IMG/VR virus record: IMGVR_UViG_3300027996_002186 | Coordinates: 1 to 64,000 of that record | Direction: 5' to 3' (one strand) | DNA: 64,000 bases | Part shown: positions 27,949 to 37,886 of the stretch, piece by piece | Layout: each line of letters opens with the position of its first letter | How positions within the stretch are numbered: position 1 is the stretch's first letter | Program-made: the position numbers and the translations under genes | The notes under the pieces: generated by a model | Database searches by the model: none | Seen by the model: the letters and a program-made list of their open reading frames with translations, nothing else | What the model was told of the DNA's origin: nothing

Positions 27949-29415
27949 ATGAAATCTTACACAGAGTTTCTTTTAGAAAAAAAGGAAAATGATTTATTGG
28001 AATTACTCAATGAGGCTGTATTTATTATGGCACCGGAAATGAGTGATATAATAGATGAGTTATATAATAGTGAAGAGGGTTATTCTAAAATAGCTAAATG
28101 TTTCTATATGTTAGATATGGAAGACATAGACACTCAGATAAGTTATCTAAACTTAGGAGATGATAATTCAACTATAACATTCCTAAAACCAGAAAAAGTT
28201 GATAAGATAAGAAAGGAAAAAGAATGGACAATAAATGATGTGTGGGTAAATGTCAAAGGTAATGGTATTAGAGTTGGGAGGTTAACTAGAAAGGTTATCG
28301 AACTTTATAATAAATCAAGAAGTGTAAAAACCACTAAAGCGACTAATTCTTCCATAAGTGATGTTAAATTTACAGATCAAGAAATCGAGAAGTTTGTAAA
28401 TGCTTACAAATCTCAATATGATTTTAATAATAATATAATGGATAATTTTAGTTTAGTATCAAGTGAAGATGATATTAAAGAAGCTTATTTAGAAGATAAT
28501 TATTATAGTGGTGATGGTACACTTGGTGGTTCTTGTATGAGAAACGATGATGCTCAAAATTACCTTGAATTATATCATAATACATCAGTAAATCTATTGG
28601 TATTGAAATCAGCAAATAATAAAATTATGGGAAGATCTGTTATATGGACCCTAAGTGATGGTAGGAAATTTATGGATAGAACTTACACGAATAGAGATTC
28701 TGATGTTGATTTGTTTATAAAATATGCTCAAGAGAATAGATATATTTATAAAGCGGAACAAGACTCACGAGCCCACACTTATTTTTATGAACCTGGTGAT
28801 AATTATAACAACAGCTCATTTATACAATTGGAATCAAAAGTTTATGAATTTAGTATTGGTAATAATGGGGGCGAGGAATTTCCTTATATGGACACAATGA
28901 AATATCTTTACTGGGAAGAAGGTATTATACGCAATTATAAAGATAAATCAAATTATTATATCAAATTGGAAGATGTTGATGGTTGGTGTGATTGTGCTGA
29001 ATGTGATGGCGAAGGTAGAGAAGAATGTAATAAGTGTGATGGTGATGGTAACAATACATGTGAAGATTGTCGTGGGTATGGGTATGAGGAATGTAGTAGA
29101 TGTAATGGATATGGTGATAATATGTGTAAAGAATGTGATGGTGATGAGGAAGTTGAGTGTGAAGAATGTGATGGTGAAGGTTATATAGATGGGGAAACGT
29201 GTGGTACTTGTGGTGGATCCAGTAAGGTTACTTGTGTTACTTGTGATGGATATGGTACAGAAAATTGTTCAAATTGTGATGGTGATGGTAGAGAAGAATG
29301 TGGTGAGTGTAATAACAACGGAACAATTGAATGTGAGACTTGTGATGGTGATGGTGAAGGTGAATGTAGTAGATGTGGGGGATATTCTCATAGAGATTTT
29401 TTTGTTAGTAATTGA
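27949..29415 (+). CDS. N-terminal-motif protein with 12 DnaJ-type CxxCxGxG repeats
   Basis: MKSYTEFLLE; LGGSCM..GRSVIW..FMDRTYT core; paralog of 38632..40113. Confidence 0.85.
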   Translation: MKSYTEFLLEKKENDLLELLNEAVFIMAPEMSDIIDELYNSEEGYSKIAKCFYMLDMEDIDTQISYLNLGDDNSTITFLKPEKVDKIRKEKEWTINDVWVNVKGNGIRVGRLTRKVIELYNKSRSVKTTKATNSSISDVKFTDQEIEKFVNAYKSQYDFNNNIMDNFSLVSSEDDIKEAYLEDNYYSGDGTLGGSCMRNDDAQNYLELYHNTSVNLLVLKSANNKIMGRSVIWTLSDGRKFMDRTYTNRDSDVDLFIKYAQENRYIYKAEQDSRAHTYFYEPGDNYNNSSFIQLESKVYEFSIGNNGGEEFPYMDTMKYLYWEEGIIRNYKDKSNYYIKLEDVDGWCDCAECDGEGREECNKCDGDGNNTCEDCRGYGYEECSRCNGYGDNMCKECDGDEEVECEECDGEGYIDGETCGTCGGSSKVTCVTCDGYGTENCSNCDGDGREECGECNNNGTIECETCDGDGEGECSRCGGYSHRDFFVSN

Positions 29416-29533
29416 TCAAGAAGAATTTGATTATTTATCAAACACATACACAATTCTATATTAGAGGATCATAAATTCAACATATTAGTTGATAAGACAG
29501 AAAACGGAACAAAAAATAAAAATTAAAAGATGA
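29411..29533 (+). pseudogene. possible relic of a histidine kinase C-terminus
   Basis: Fragments IDQEEFDYLSNTYT / ILEDHKFNILVDKTENGTK / IKIKR* joined across two frame shifts; the last stop overlaps the response-regulator ATG. Confidence 0.45.
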
Positions 29534-29964
29534 TAGATTCAATTTTATTAGTGGATGATGAAGACTTATTTCACTTGGTTTTCGAAGATGCGTGTAGCTT
29601 ATTAGATATAACGTTATCATTAGAAAGTTTAACATCTGCTGATGAAGCAGAAAATCTATTCAAAGAATATTTTCAAAATAAAAATATCGATAAACCAGAA
29701 TGTGTATTCGTAGATTTGAATATAATCGGATCATCATTCGATGGTATAGAATTAATTAGAAAGATTAATTTCGAATATGGTAATGGTGTTGTTCTTGGTA
29801 TAATTTCATCATCAGGTGAAGTAGAAGAGCAATCAAAGGCTATAGGGGCTGGTGCTCAATTCTGGATAATTAAATCAGATGATATAGAACCTAGATTGGA
29901 AGAGTTTAGAAAGGACTACAAAGGTTATAAGAACCGAACAAACCCATTTAAAATATATAAATAA
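29530..29964 (+). CDS. stand-alone response regulator receiver domain
   Basis: ILLVDDE, FVDLN (phospho-Asp), DGIELI, ISSS, WIIK. Confidence 0.9.
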   Translation: MIDSILLVDDEDLFHLVFEDACSLLDITLSLESLTSADEAENLFKEYFQNKNIDKPECVFVDLNIIGSSFDGIELIRKINFEYGNGVVLGIISSSGEVEEQSKAIGAGAQFWIIKSDDIEPRLEEFRKDYKGYKNRTNPFKIYK

Positions 29965-29966
29965 TA

Positions 29967-30647
29967 ATGAAAATTAAAGTTGATAAAGGAACTAGGAAAC
30001 AATTACTTGATATCTATAAATCAAAAAGGATTTATTTAGAGGGTAATATTTTGAAGTTAATTGATTGTGATGGTGATGAAGAATTTCAACTTTATGTGGA
30101 GGCCGCTATCAATAAAGATAAGGAGGTAAGAAGGAAAAGATTAGATATAACCAAAAGAGTACAGTCACAGAATACTGAACTAGTAAATGGTCAGAATGAA
30201 AATGATAGAGTAAATAAACAACTAATAAAAGCTTTAGATGAAGCTGAAAAATCTAAATCTCGAGCAGTTAGTGCGAAGGATGAAGCAGAGAAATCTAAAG
30301 ATGAGGCTAATGAATTGAGATTAGAAGCAGAGGAAGCGAGGGTAGAATCTGAAAAAGCTAGAATGGAATCTGATAACGCTAAAAATTCTGCTGAAAATGA
30401 TTTAGAATTAATACAAAAGAAAAGTCAATTTGAATTAATAGGCACGATTGTTAAAGTTTCACTTTGGGTTATTTTGGGAGTTGGTGTATCAACAACTTTA
30501 ATATACACAACAGCTTTATTCTTAGGTGTGGATACAACCGGATTATTTACAACTTGGAGCAATATAATTGGTATTTTATTAACAAATTCATTTAGTATAA
30601 TTGGTACGATAATGGGTGTTAAATATGCACTTGGTAATAAGGAATAA
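29967..30647 (+). CDS. coiled-coil protein with two C-terminal TM helices
   Basis: AE(K/E)(S/A)K repeats, two hydrophobic helices; co-transcribed with RR. Confidence 0.8.
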   Translation: MKIKVDKGTRKQLLDIYKSKRIYLEGNILKLIDCDGDEEFQLYVEAAINKDKEVRRKRLDITKRVQSQNTELVNGQNENDRVNKQLIKALDEAEKSKSRAVSAKDEAEKSKDEANELRLEAEEARVESEKARMESDNAKNSAENDLELIQKKSQFELIGTIVKVSLWVILGVGVSTTLIYTTALFLGVDTTGLFTTWSNIIGILLTNSFSIIGTIMGVKYALGNKE

Positions 30648-30656
30648 AATATAGTT

Positions 30657-30935
30657 TTAGATATTTAATCTTTTGTATTTTTTTGATTCTACCCAACGAA
30701 CTATAAATCTACCAGATCCACTATATCTTGAGTTAGTATCACATATAAGTTTATTTGTTTTTTTATTGAATTTAAAATCCACCTTTCTAAGTTCATCACA
30801 TACGACTTGTGATACTTTTAGTACATATATTTTCTTACCGACTCCAAAATCGTAACAAAAGAGACCGTTCAGTCCTCTCATCTCAATGAAACTAGATTTT
30901 GAGTTATTCTTAACTGCACTAGAAAGTAAATTCAT
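30657..30935 (-). CDS. hypothetical protein
   Basis: ORF, ATGA-coupled. Confidence 0.6.
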   Translation of the reverse strand: MNLLSSAVKNNSKSSFIEMRGLNGLFCYDFGVGKKIYVLKVSQVVCDELRKVDFKFNKKTNKLICDTNSRYSGSGRFIVRWVESKKYKRLNI

Positions 30936-31159
30936 ATTTTATGTAATAATTTATGTAATATTCTAAGTTGTGATAAATCTGAATTTGCATCCTCAACACT
31001 CTTATAAAGAAATAATATTTTTTCAGTATTACTCTTTTTATATTCTAGTCTAAATTCATCATCTATTAGAATTACTTTCATGTCATTTAATGAATTCTGA
31101 TCTCTTAGAATTTCATAGAAGTCTGTCTGGAAGGCGTAATTTTTTAGTTTTTGTAACAT
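30932..31159 (-). CDS. hypothetical protein
   Basis: ORF. Confidence 0.65.
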   Translation of the reverse strand: MLQKLKNYAFQTDFYEILRDQNSLNDMKVILIDDEFRLEYKKSNTEKILFLYKSVEDANSDLSQLRILHKLLHKI

Positions 31160-31298
31160 AATTATTTTTTATAAAGATAGGTATGTTATTATTACTAAAG
31201 AAATTTAAAAAGTTTTAATTATTTATACACATATAAAAAATTATACTAATCTATATAATTCATAATATTTGTATATATTTGATATAAATACAATTCAA

Positions 31299-31496
31299 AT
31301 GAATAAATTTAAGAAAGGACAAAGAGTATTTTACCTTTTGATGGGTAGTACTTGTCAATCGAATATTGTGGATTTTTATACTAAAGATGGTATAATCTTT
31401 TACGTTGATGATTTATTTGATAATATTAAAGAATTTTATTTATTCACGAATAGAAAGAGTTGTATAGAATTTCACCAAAATAGTTTTAAAAGTTAA
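31299..31496 (+). CDS. hypothetical protein
   Basis: MNKFKKGQRV; TATATTTG upstream. Confidence 0.6.
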   Translation: MNKFKKGQRVFYLLMGSTCQSNIVDFYTKDGIIFYVDDLFDNIKEFYLFTNRKSCIEFHQNSFKS

Positions 31497-31506
31497 TATA
31501 TACAAT

Positions 31507-31707
31507 ATGAAAAATATAAAAACATTTGAAAACTACGAGTACGAAAATTTCACATATAGTGATATGGAATTCGCTAAAGAATTATACGAAGAAGGTATGA
31601 CTGACCCAAAAGACATTGCTAGAGAAATGGATTGGAAAGATGATATGGATGAAGCAACAGTTAAACAGATGATATACACAATGAAAAAAAGTGGAGAGAT
31701 AACATGA
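31507..31707 (+). CDS. N-terminal-motif protein, HTH-like
   Basis: MKNIKTFENYEYE; AKELYEEG..PKDIAREM. Confidence 0.75.
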   Translation: MKNIKTFENYEYENFTYSDMEFAKELYEEGMTDPKDIAREMDWKDDMDEATVKQMIYTMKKSGEIT

Positions 31708-32177
31708 AATATTTAAAGAAATTTGATAAAATAGATGAGTCTATTCATGATGGGATGGTAAATGTTATTAGAAATATTCTAAGAGAAACTTATGACTCTA
31801 ATAATGAGGCTAGTATAACTGATGTTATAAATAAATTTGCTGATAAATTATTCATTGATGTTTCTGATAGAGAAGCTTTCTCAACTAGTATAATCGGTGA
31901 GATTATGGAAGAAAGTTTAAATGAATCTAGGATATATGACTATAAAATACTACCGGATGAAGCCTTAAAGGAATTAGAGATGTATGTTGATTATAATGAT
32001 ACTGATAATAAAATAGAGGTTGTTCCGGATCCAAGAGTTGATGGGTCTTTTGCTGTTAAAGTTTATAGAATAAATGATGACTATACTTTCCATTTATTGT
32101 GGAACAGAGGTGCTTATGATGAGGTTGAGTTTGATACATTCCCACCAATATCAAGTGACTTAAAGTTTTTTACCTGA
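31704..32177 (+). CDS. N-terminal-motif protein
   Basis: MKYLKKFDKIDES; internal SLNES. Confidence 0.8.
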   Translation: MKYLKKFDKIDESIHDGMVNVIRNILRETYDSNNEASITDVINKFADKLFIDVSDREAFSTSIIGEIMEESLNESRIYDYKILPDEALKELEMYVDYNDTDNKIEVVPDPRVDGSFAVKVYRINDDYTFHLLWNRGAYDEVEFDTFPPISSDLKFFT

Positions 32178-32201
32178 TAAAAAATCATAATAATATAACA
32201 A

Positions 32202-32597
32202 ATGAAAACTTTAAATAAATTAAAATTATACGAGGAGTTTGTGGAAGAACCAACTATTAATCATTCATATATAAAGGCTAAGATGAAAGAATTATCTGAG
32301 TTAGTAAACTATACCTTAAAAAGTGATTTTGATAAAGGCGCTCATTTTGAATATGGTATAACAGAAGATGATGTAGAAATTACATTGGTGTATAGAAATC
32401 ACGAAATAGAGAATTCTATAACATTACAGATACTTTTTAACCTAGACTCATTGATATTAGGATTCTATATGGGAGGTCCTGTTGACTATGAGGGCCACGA
32501 AGAACACTTTAGGGTGTCTTCAATAGAAGAAGGTATGGAATGTATAGAAAAGAAAATTTACGACGCTATAGGTGTCTCTGAGAAGAAAGAAATATGA
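32202..32597 (+). CDS. N-terminal-motif protein
   Basis: MKTLNKLKLYEEFVEE. Confidence 0.8.
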   Translation: MKTLNKLKLYEEFVEEPTINHSYIKAKMKELSELVNYTLKSDFDKGAHFEYGITEDDVEITLVYRNHEIENSITLQILFNLDSLILGFYMGGPVDYEGHEEHFRVSSIEEGMECIEKKIYDAIGVSEKKEI

Positions 32598-33475
32598 AAC
32601 ACTTAACAACACATAACGAAGGTTTATTCAATTGGAGAAGAAATAGGGGTAAGGAACCTTTACATAGAGGATTCTCTAAAGATGATATGTACATATCCAG
32701 TGGTATTGGATATAAGAAAAGGATTGGTACATCACAATTAAAGGATTCTAATACTTTTTACTCTATCCGTTTTCCTGATATGTCTTTAAATATGATAAAA
32801 CAACACATAGTTTCTAAGAGAGATATTCATTCTAAAGGTATATTTGGTGACTTTGGTAGTTATAGAACAGACGGGCCTCGATATAGAGAAAAGAGTTGGG
32901 TTAAGAGCACATCTGTTTGGTATGATTGTGGGAATATATTTAACTCTCTTAGAAATATATCAGATCAATGTGGGTATAGTTTGAATCAGTCTGTTCATGT
33001 TACATCTACACAAAAAGATACTAAGATAGTAGAAATAGTAAACTTTTCTTTTTATAAATTAACTGGTATTTTATCAGATGGTATTGATGAATGTTTAACA
33101 CTTTTATATAAGGTTGAAGAAGATGATAATTATTATCAGATAGGTCAGATAGAAAAAATAGAAGATAGTCCAGAAAGAAATATAGTGGATGAGGTTATAG
33201 AGGAAAATTTCTTGGAACTTATGGATGATGGTTTAATTACCTTTAAATCAGAGGAAATAAAAATAAAGGGTGTTGTTAATTATAAATGTTATGTTAAAGT
33301 ATCAAAAGATATGACACCACAAGTTCTATTTAAGATATCAGAATGTTTATTAGTTGCTGCTCAAAGGTTGAATGATATTAACATTGATATTGATATAAAG
33401 TCTATGCAACATTCAGAAGATAGAAATACAAGAACTGGTACAACTGATATTGAGTTTACTGCTATTCAAAGATAA
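32594..33475 (+). CDS. N-terminal-motif protein, paralog-family domain at C-terminus
   Basis: MKHLTTHNEG; VIEENFLELMDDG. Confidence 0.8.
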   Translation: MKHLTTHNEGLFNWRRNRGKEPLHRGFSKDDMYISSGIGYKKRIGTSQLKDSNTFYSIRFPDMSLNMIKQHIVSKRDIHSKGIFGDFGSYRTDGPRYREKSWVKSTSVWYDCGNIFNSLRNISDQCGYSLNQSVHVTSTQKDTKIVEIVNFSFYKLTGILSDGIDECLTLLYKVEEDDNYYQIGQIEKIEDSPERNIVDEVIEENFLELMDDGLITFKSEEIKIKGVVNYKCYVKVSKDMTPQVLFKISECLLVAAQRLNDINIDIDIKSMQHSEDRNTRTGTTDIEFTAIQR

Positions 33476-34007
33476 ATCCTAAATCTCTTAGTCTATCACC
33501 GTGGTCAAAAGCAAATCCATTTTTATTCATTTGATTTAATTCTTCAATCGAAAACCATCTAGCTGATTGAGCATCATCCATACCGATTATATTGTTACCC
33601 ATATCTCCAGGAATCTCAACAGTAAACGAATGAGCTTCTACCCATGATGTATCACTATTTCTAGGATCTCTATTCTTATCATCAAAAACTCCTAATAGTT
33701 TGAATTTAGAATCTTCTATTTCCGATAGGTCTAATCCCGTCTCTTCTAGAATTTCTCTTTTACCAGCTTGTAACTCAGTCTCTAACCCAGGTTCCCATTC
33801 ATTACCCCGATTAGCAGTAGTATCAACAAAACCACCAGGAATACTCCATTTATTTGGTTCTGCCTTAACAGACTCACCTCTTTGTATTAATAATACTTGT
33901 TGTGTACCATCAACTGTTCTAGTTACGATAGTATCAGCGGTTGGGTTTGGACCAACATATCTTAATGATGGCTTGTCGAATGACTCAAATGTTTTTACAA
34001 ATTTCAT
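33462..34007 (-). CDS. NUDIX hydrolase (ADP-ribose pyrophosphatase/NadM-NrtR-like) with N-terminal motif
   Basis: VLLIQR, WSIPGGFVD, AGKREILEETGL, RDPR, GMDDA..ARW, AFDH; starts MKFVKTFES. Confidence 0.92.
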   Translation of the reverse strand: MKFVKTFESFDKPSLRYVGPNPTADTIVTRTVDGTQQVLLIQRGESVKAEPNKWSIPGGFVDTTANRGNEWEPGLETELQAGKREILEETGLDLSEIEDSKFKLLGVFDDKNRDPRNSDTSWVEAHSFTVEIPGDMGNNIIGMDDAQSARWFSIEELNQMNKNGFAFDHGDRLRDLGFIFE

Positions 34008-34043
34008 AGTGTATATATTATAAAATTTTTATATATTTGTAGG

Positions 34044-34466
34044 ATGAGTAAATTATACGGAGTTGCTTTAATAACCAATTCCAAAATTAGAGATTTGATA
34101 TTGAGTTATGTTTTAGACGAAGAATCATTCAACAAGAATGATTATGTTTATGATGGTGAGTATGATTATATTATTGATATCAATAACACACTCAATACAG
34201 ATATCTCTAGATATACAAAGGTTTATAAAACATTAAATGGGGCTAAAAGACTAAGAGATAGTTTTGGAACAGATTCAGTAATGAGACTAAGGTACGCCAT
34301 ACCAGCAGGTGTTGGTTGGAAACGAGAATATAATACACCGACACATCAAGCTGTTATTATTGATATAACAAAAAAGTGGGATGATATAATCGATAAAAGA
34401 ATTGAAGAACGTACTAAAATCTTTAATAAAGATATAGAGAGGTTAAAATCAAAGAAGTCCAAATAA
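34044..34466 (+). CDS. hypothetical protein
   Basis: TATATTTG (34032-34039) 4 nt upstream of ATG. Confidence 0.75.
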   Translation: MSKLYGVALITNSKIRDLILSYVLDEESFNKNDYVYDGEYDYIIDINNTLNTDISRYTKVYKTLNGAKRLRDSFGTDSVMRLRYAIPAGVGWKREYNTPTHQAVIIDITKKWDDIIDKRIEERTKIFNKDIERLKSKKSK

Positions 34467-34874
34467 CAAGTAAGCAACTTGTATAATCAACCCAATAATC
34501 ATAAAAATAGTTCTATTTCTATAAGTCATTATCTTTGTTAACTTAGCAGTTGAAGTTGTTGATTGTGATTTCCATTTTAATGGATAAACTTTAGAATCTA
34601 TTCTATTTCTAGTAACATAATAACTTCCATTATGGAAGAAACTAAATACTAAAGCCATACCAACAGTATTTAGTATAGAGAACCACCCAATGGTAAATGA
34701 TAACATAACTCCTATTAATATAAGTATTATACCTCTTTGTGATGCGAACACAGGGTGTATTTCAAAGTCATTTTTAGATTTTGAAATTCCCTTGAAATAC
34801 CAATAAAAACCTTCTCTAAATCCCTCTAACATTGAATATAATATCCAAAGTATATTTGTTATTAATACTATCAT
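34449..34874 (-). CDS. multi-TM membrane protein
   Basis: 3-4 hydrophobic helices. Confidence 0.75.
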   Translation of the reverse strand: MIVLITNILWILYSMLEGFREGFYWYFKGISKSKNDFEIHPVFASQRGIILILIGVMLSFTIGWFSILNTVGMALVFSFFHNGSYYVTRNRIDSKVYPLKWKSQSTTSTAKLTKIMTYRNRTIFMIIGLIIQVAYLLFGLL

Positions 34875-34879
34875 AATTA

Positions 34880-35893
34880 TTATTTTTCTACTTTTACTCT
34901 AAAGTACAATTCATAAACATCAAAGACTTTAGTAACATCTCTTGAAAATCTTTTTGGTTCAGTAACAATCTTAAATGTTTTTTGTTCTTCATACCAATAA
35001 AATATTGTTATTAATATATTACCATCATTATCAATAATCTTATATCCCCGCTCGGCACTATGTGATTGTATATGTGGTCTAGATGCTTTAACTGGTACTA
35101 ATTTTAATTCATGGCTTTCGATTTTACTGTAAAACTTAGTAACCCAAGTGTTGAATAAAGACATTAGTTGTTCTCTATTATCAGATTTACCACTATCCAT
35201 AGCAGTTTTTATAGCCCATTCCGATGGTAGTAAATCATTATTTAATATTCTTATTTCATTTGGTAAAGTTCTAAGTTGTGCTTTATATTCATAAGTATCA
35301 CCACTTGGTCTTCTCCAAGTAGAATCGAAACTTAATGAATACCCTTCTATTCGAGCACCATCTAGGTCACGGTACCTAACACCTCTGTGGTGATGGTCAT
35401 CCACTATCTGTAAAGATTTTAATATATCTTCTACACCTTCATAATTAATAAAGGAATCACTTTGCTCTCTATCGAAAATTATTCTTATTGTAATATGATT
35501 TATATTTCTAATTGAATAATACACACTGGCTTTACCATCAAGCATTGATTTTATCCTATGTATTGAGTTATAGATAGAGTCTATTATATTTAACTCTGAT
35601 TCGAAATAAACACTCCCATTCCAATTCCTAACATCACCAGATCCACCATCAGATATAGATTTATCATTAATCGTTCTATCAAGTTCTATTTCGATACCTG
35701 GATAATAATCTTTAACATCTCTAGTTCTTCTGTGTGGGTAACCTGTTGATAGTGATATGTAAACAGGATCTATCATATAAGTATATCCCAAATCAACCAT
35801 ATCGATAAATATTTCCTCGATATTATCATCATCAGCATTTATTCTTGATAACAAGTCTTCTTTACTTTCTAATATTTGGGAAAATTTTCTCAC
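34880..35893 (-). CDS. N-terminal-motif protein, paralog family
   Basis: GTG start MRKFSQILES; IEEIFIDMVDLGY. Confidence 0.8.
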   Translation of the reverse strand: MRKFSQILESKEDLLSRINADDDNIEEIFIDMVDLGYTYMIDPVYISLSTGYPHRRTRDVKDYYPGIEIELDRTINDKSISDGGSGDVRNWNGSVYFESELNIIDSIYNSIHRIKSMLDGKASVYYSIRNINHITIRIIFDREQSDSFINYEGVEDILKSLQIVDDHHHRGVRYRDLDGARIEGYSLSFDSTWRRPSGDTYEYKAQLRTLPNEIRILNNDLLPSEWAIKTAMDSGKSDNREQLMSLFNTWVTKFYSKIESHELKLVPVKASRPHIQSHSAERGYKIIDNDGNILITIFYWYEEQKTFKIVTEPKRFSRDVTKVFDVYELYFRVKVEK

Positions 35894-35927
35894 ATAGATA
35901 TATATTAAAATAAATCTATTTAAATTG

Positions 35928-35956
35928 AAAAACCCACCGTTACAGCGGTGGGTTTT
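35928..35956. terminator. intrinsic terminator
   Basis: AAAACCCACCG-TTACAG-CGGTGGGTTTT. Confidence 0.85.
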
Positions 35957-36114
35957 ATTAACTCCTCGTTACAAGTATTAACTATTTTCTTACACCTGAG
36001 AACTTGCTAAACCTGGACTCACGGATTCACTTTTCAAGTAGAAAAGCTAACATCGTGTTAGAGAAGGAAATGAATTAAAGTTGTTTAATTCTGAATGTCT
36101 TTCTTTTTATTTAT
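35928..36114 (-). ncRNA. candidate ~185-nt ncRNA
   Basis: TATATTTG box (36119-36126), ORF-free hairpin series, then terminator. Confidence 0.5.
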
Positions 36115-36204
36115 ATTACAAATATAGTGAAAAGTTTTTAATAAAAAATAAAATTTTACATTTTTAATATATAATACTCATATTAGTTAAAATAAAAACA
36201 ATAA

Positions 36205-36594
36205 ATGGGTCATATAGAGAAATTTAAGAGTTTTAGTAGAAGAAAAGTGGATAAAATAAGGAATCTTACTTGGGATGATGTTAAATCATTCGGTAATAAG
36301 AGTTGGGTTTACCTTAAACGTGAGAGTGATGAGACAAAACAAGCCGCTATGATTCTAAACAAAATGATATCTGGTAAAGATGTTACTAACAACGAAAAGA
36401 AATTCTTAAAAGAACAGAGCAAAGACCTTGTTAGGATAATATCAACCGGTGCTTTACCTATACCAATCACAGCTATCTTGGTATCTCTTGGTAAGAAATA
36501 TAATTTTGAAGTTTTTCCTGGTGATCAAAAAGAATTAAAAGCTCTTATCGAAAAGGAAAAGGAAGAGTTGGGTGTTGCTATCGAAGAAGAATAA
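36205..36594 (+). CDS. N-terminal-motif protein, weakly LETM1-like
   Basis: MGHIEKFKSF; EKKFLKEQSKDLVRII..LP followed by hydrophobic stretch. Confidence 0.7.
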   Translation: MGHIEKFKSFSRRKVDKIRNLTWDDVKSFGNKSWVYLKRESDETKQAAMILNKMISGKDVTNNEKKFLKEQSKDLVRIISTGALPIPITAILVSLGKKYNFEVFPGDQKELKALIEKEKEELGVAIEEE

Positions 36595-36627
36595 TTAAAC
36601 CACCAATATTATCGGTGGTCTAAACTA

Positions 36628-37386
36628 TTATTTTAAGTGGGGTAATACTTCTTTTGCGTAGTAATCATCAAACCCTTCAAGTAATCCAGTAATTGGAGTA
36701 CTCTTATCAGTTATAATGATTTCATCAATGAAACCAAAGTCTAAAGCTTCTTGTGAGTTTAACCACTTATCTCTTCTAGCACTTTCTAATACTTCATCAA
36801 AAGATTTACCACTATTCTCAGCTAACATCTTAAATAAGATATAATTATACTTCTCAGATTCCATTTGTGAGATGCGATTATCAGCAACATGTCCTTGTGC
36901 ACCACTCGATACTTGGTGAATCATAACCTTTGAGAAATTCAAAGATGAACGTTTGCCTTTTGTACCAGATGATAATAGAATAGAACCCATAGATGCTGCC
37001 ATACCTGTGTTGATAGTTTCAATATCACAATCGATATATCTCATTACATCAACCATAGATAATCCACTTTTAACTGAACCACCTGGTGAATCAATGTGCA
37101 TCCTAATATCTCTTTTCTCCGCTGCTCCTTCTTCTACGGAATCAAGATACATCAATTGTGCTTGTACAACAGTTGACATATTATCATTCACAACACCAGC
37201 AACCCATAAAATTCTTTCTCTCATTAATCTAGAGAAAATATCCATTTGAGTTACTCTCATTTCTCTTTCTTCAAGTATGTATGGTGTCATACTATTCTCC
37301 ATTTGTTTTTGGTAATAGTGTAAGTTCATAGAAGATAACCCCTCACTCTTTGCGTACTTATTAAAATCTTTCCCGTAATCTATCAT
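36628..37386 (-). CDS. clpP: ATP-dependent Clp protease proteolytic subunit
   Basis: MDIFSRLMRERI, IDSPGGSV, GMAASMG (catalytic Ser), VMIHQ, RDKWL. Confidence 0.97.
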   Translation of the reverse strand: MIDYGKDFNKYAKSEGLSSMNLHYYQKQMENSMTPYILEEREMRVTQMDIFSRLMRERILWVAGVVNDNMSTVVQAQLMYLDSVEEGAAEKRDIRMHIDSPGGSVKSGLSMVDVMRYIDCDIETINTGMAASMGSILLSSGTKGKRSSLNFSKVMIHQVSSGAQGHVADNRISQMESEKYNYILFKMLAENSGKSFDEVLESARRDKWLNSQEALDFGFIDEIIITDKSTPITGLLEGFDDYYAKEVLPHLK

Positions 37387-37472
37387 ATTTCTTAATTTAG
37401 TTATTAATCATATAAAGAATAATCAAAAAAGTTTAATTGTTATTTAATTACTTTATCCTTATATTTGTGATT

Positions 37473-37781
37473 GTGAAAAAGAGTTTAATACTTAAAGGTA
37501 AGAGTGAAATCGATAATTTGTTTACAACTGGGTATCCAGTTTCAAGTGATTTTGTATTTGCTAAAGTTTTATCTTCTGATTCAACTAAATTCCTATTCGC
37601 TGTTTCATCTAAGAAATTTAGAAGAGCAGTTGATAGAAATAGAATAAAAAGGTTGATGAGAGAAGTTACTCGTAAAATAGATATAAGTGGTGTTAAAATT
37701 GCTTTTATCTACACCGGAAAATATTTACCGACATACTCAGAAGTAGAATTATCCATCAAATCAATAATCGGTAAAATATGA
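37473..37781 (+). CDS. rnpA: ribonuclease P protein component
   Basis: LK.K.EI..LF..G; FAVSSKKFRRAVDRNRIKRLMRE (RNR motif); GTG start 5 nt after TATATTTG (37460-37467). Confidence 0.9.
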   Translation: MKKSLILKGKSEIDNLFTTGYPVSSDFVFAKVLSSDSTKFLFAVSSKKFRRAVDRNRIKRLMREVTRKIDISGVKIAFIYTGKYLPTYSEVELSIKSIIGKI

Positions 37782-37886
37782 CATATTAAGGAATCTTAAC
37801 AATATAGTAACAATAAGATAGCACCATTTTATACATTTTTTTGACTTTTAGGTATATATAAAATCAAATAAAAATGTATAAAATAA

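Noticed and set aside
27949-29415. DnaJ chaperone annotation
   Set aside because: No J-domain/HPD motif; only the zinc-finger repeats are shared.
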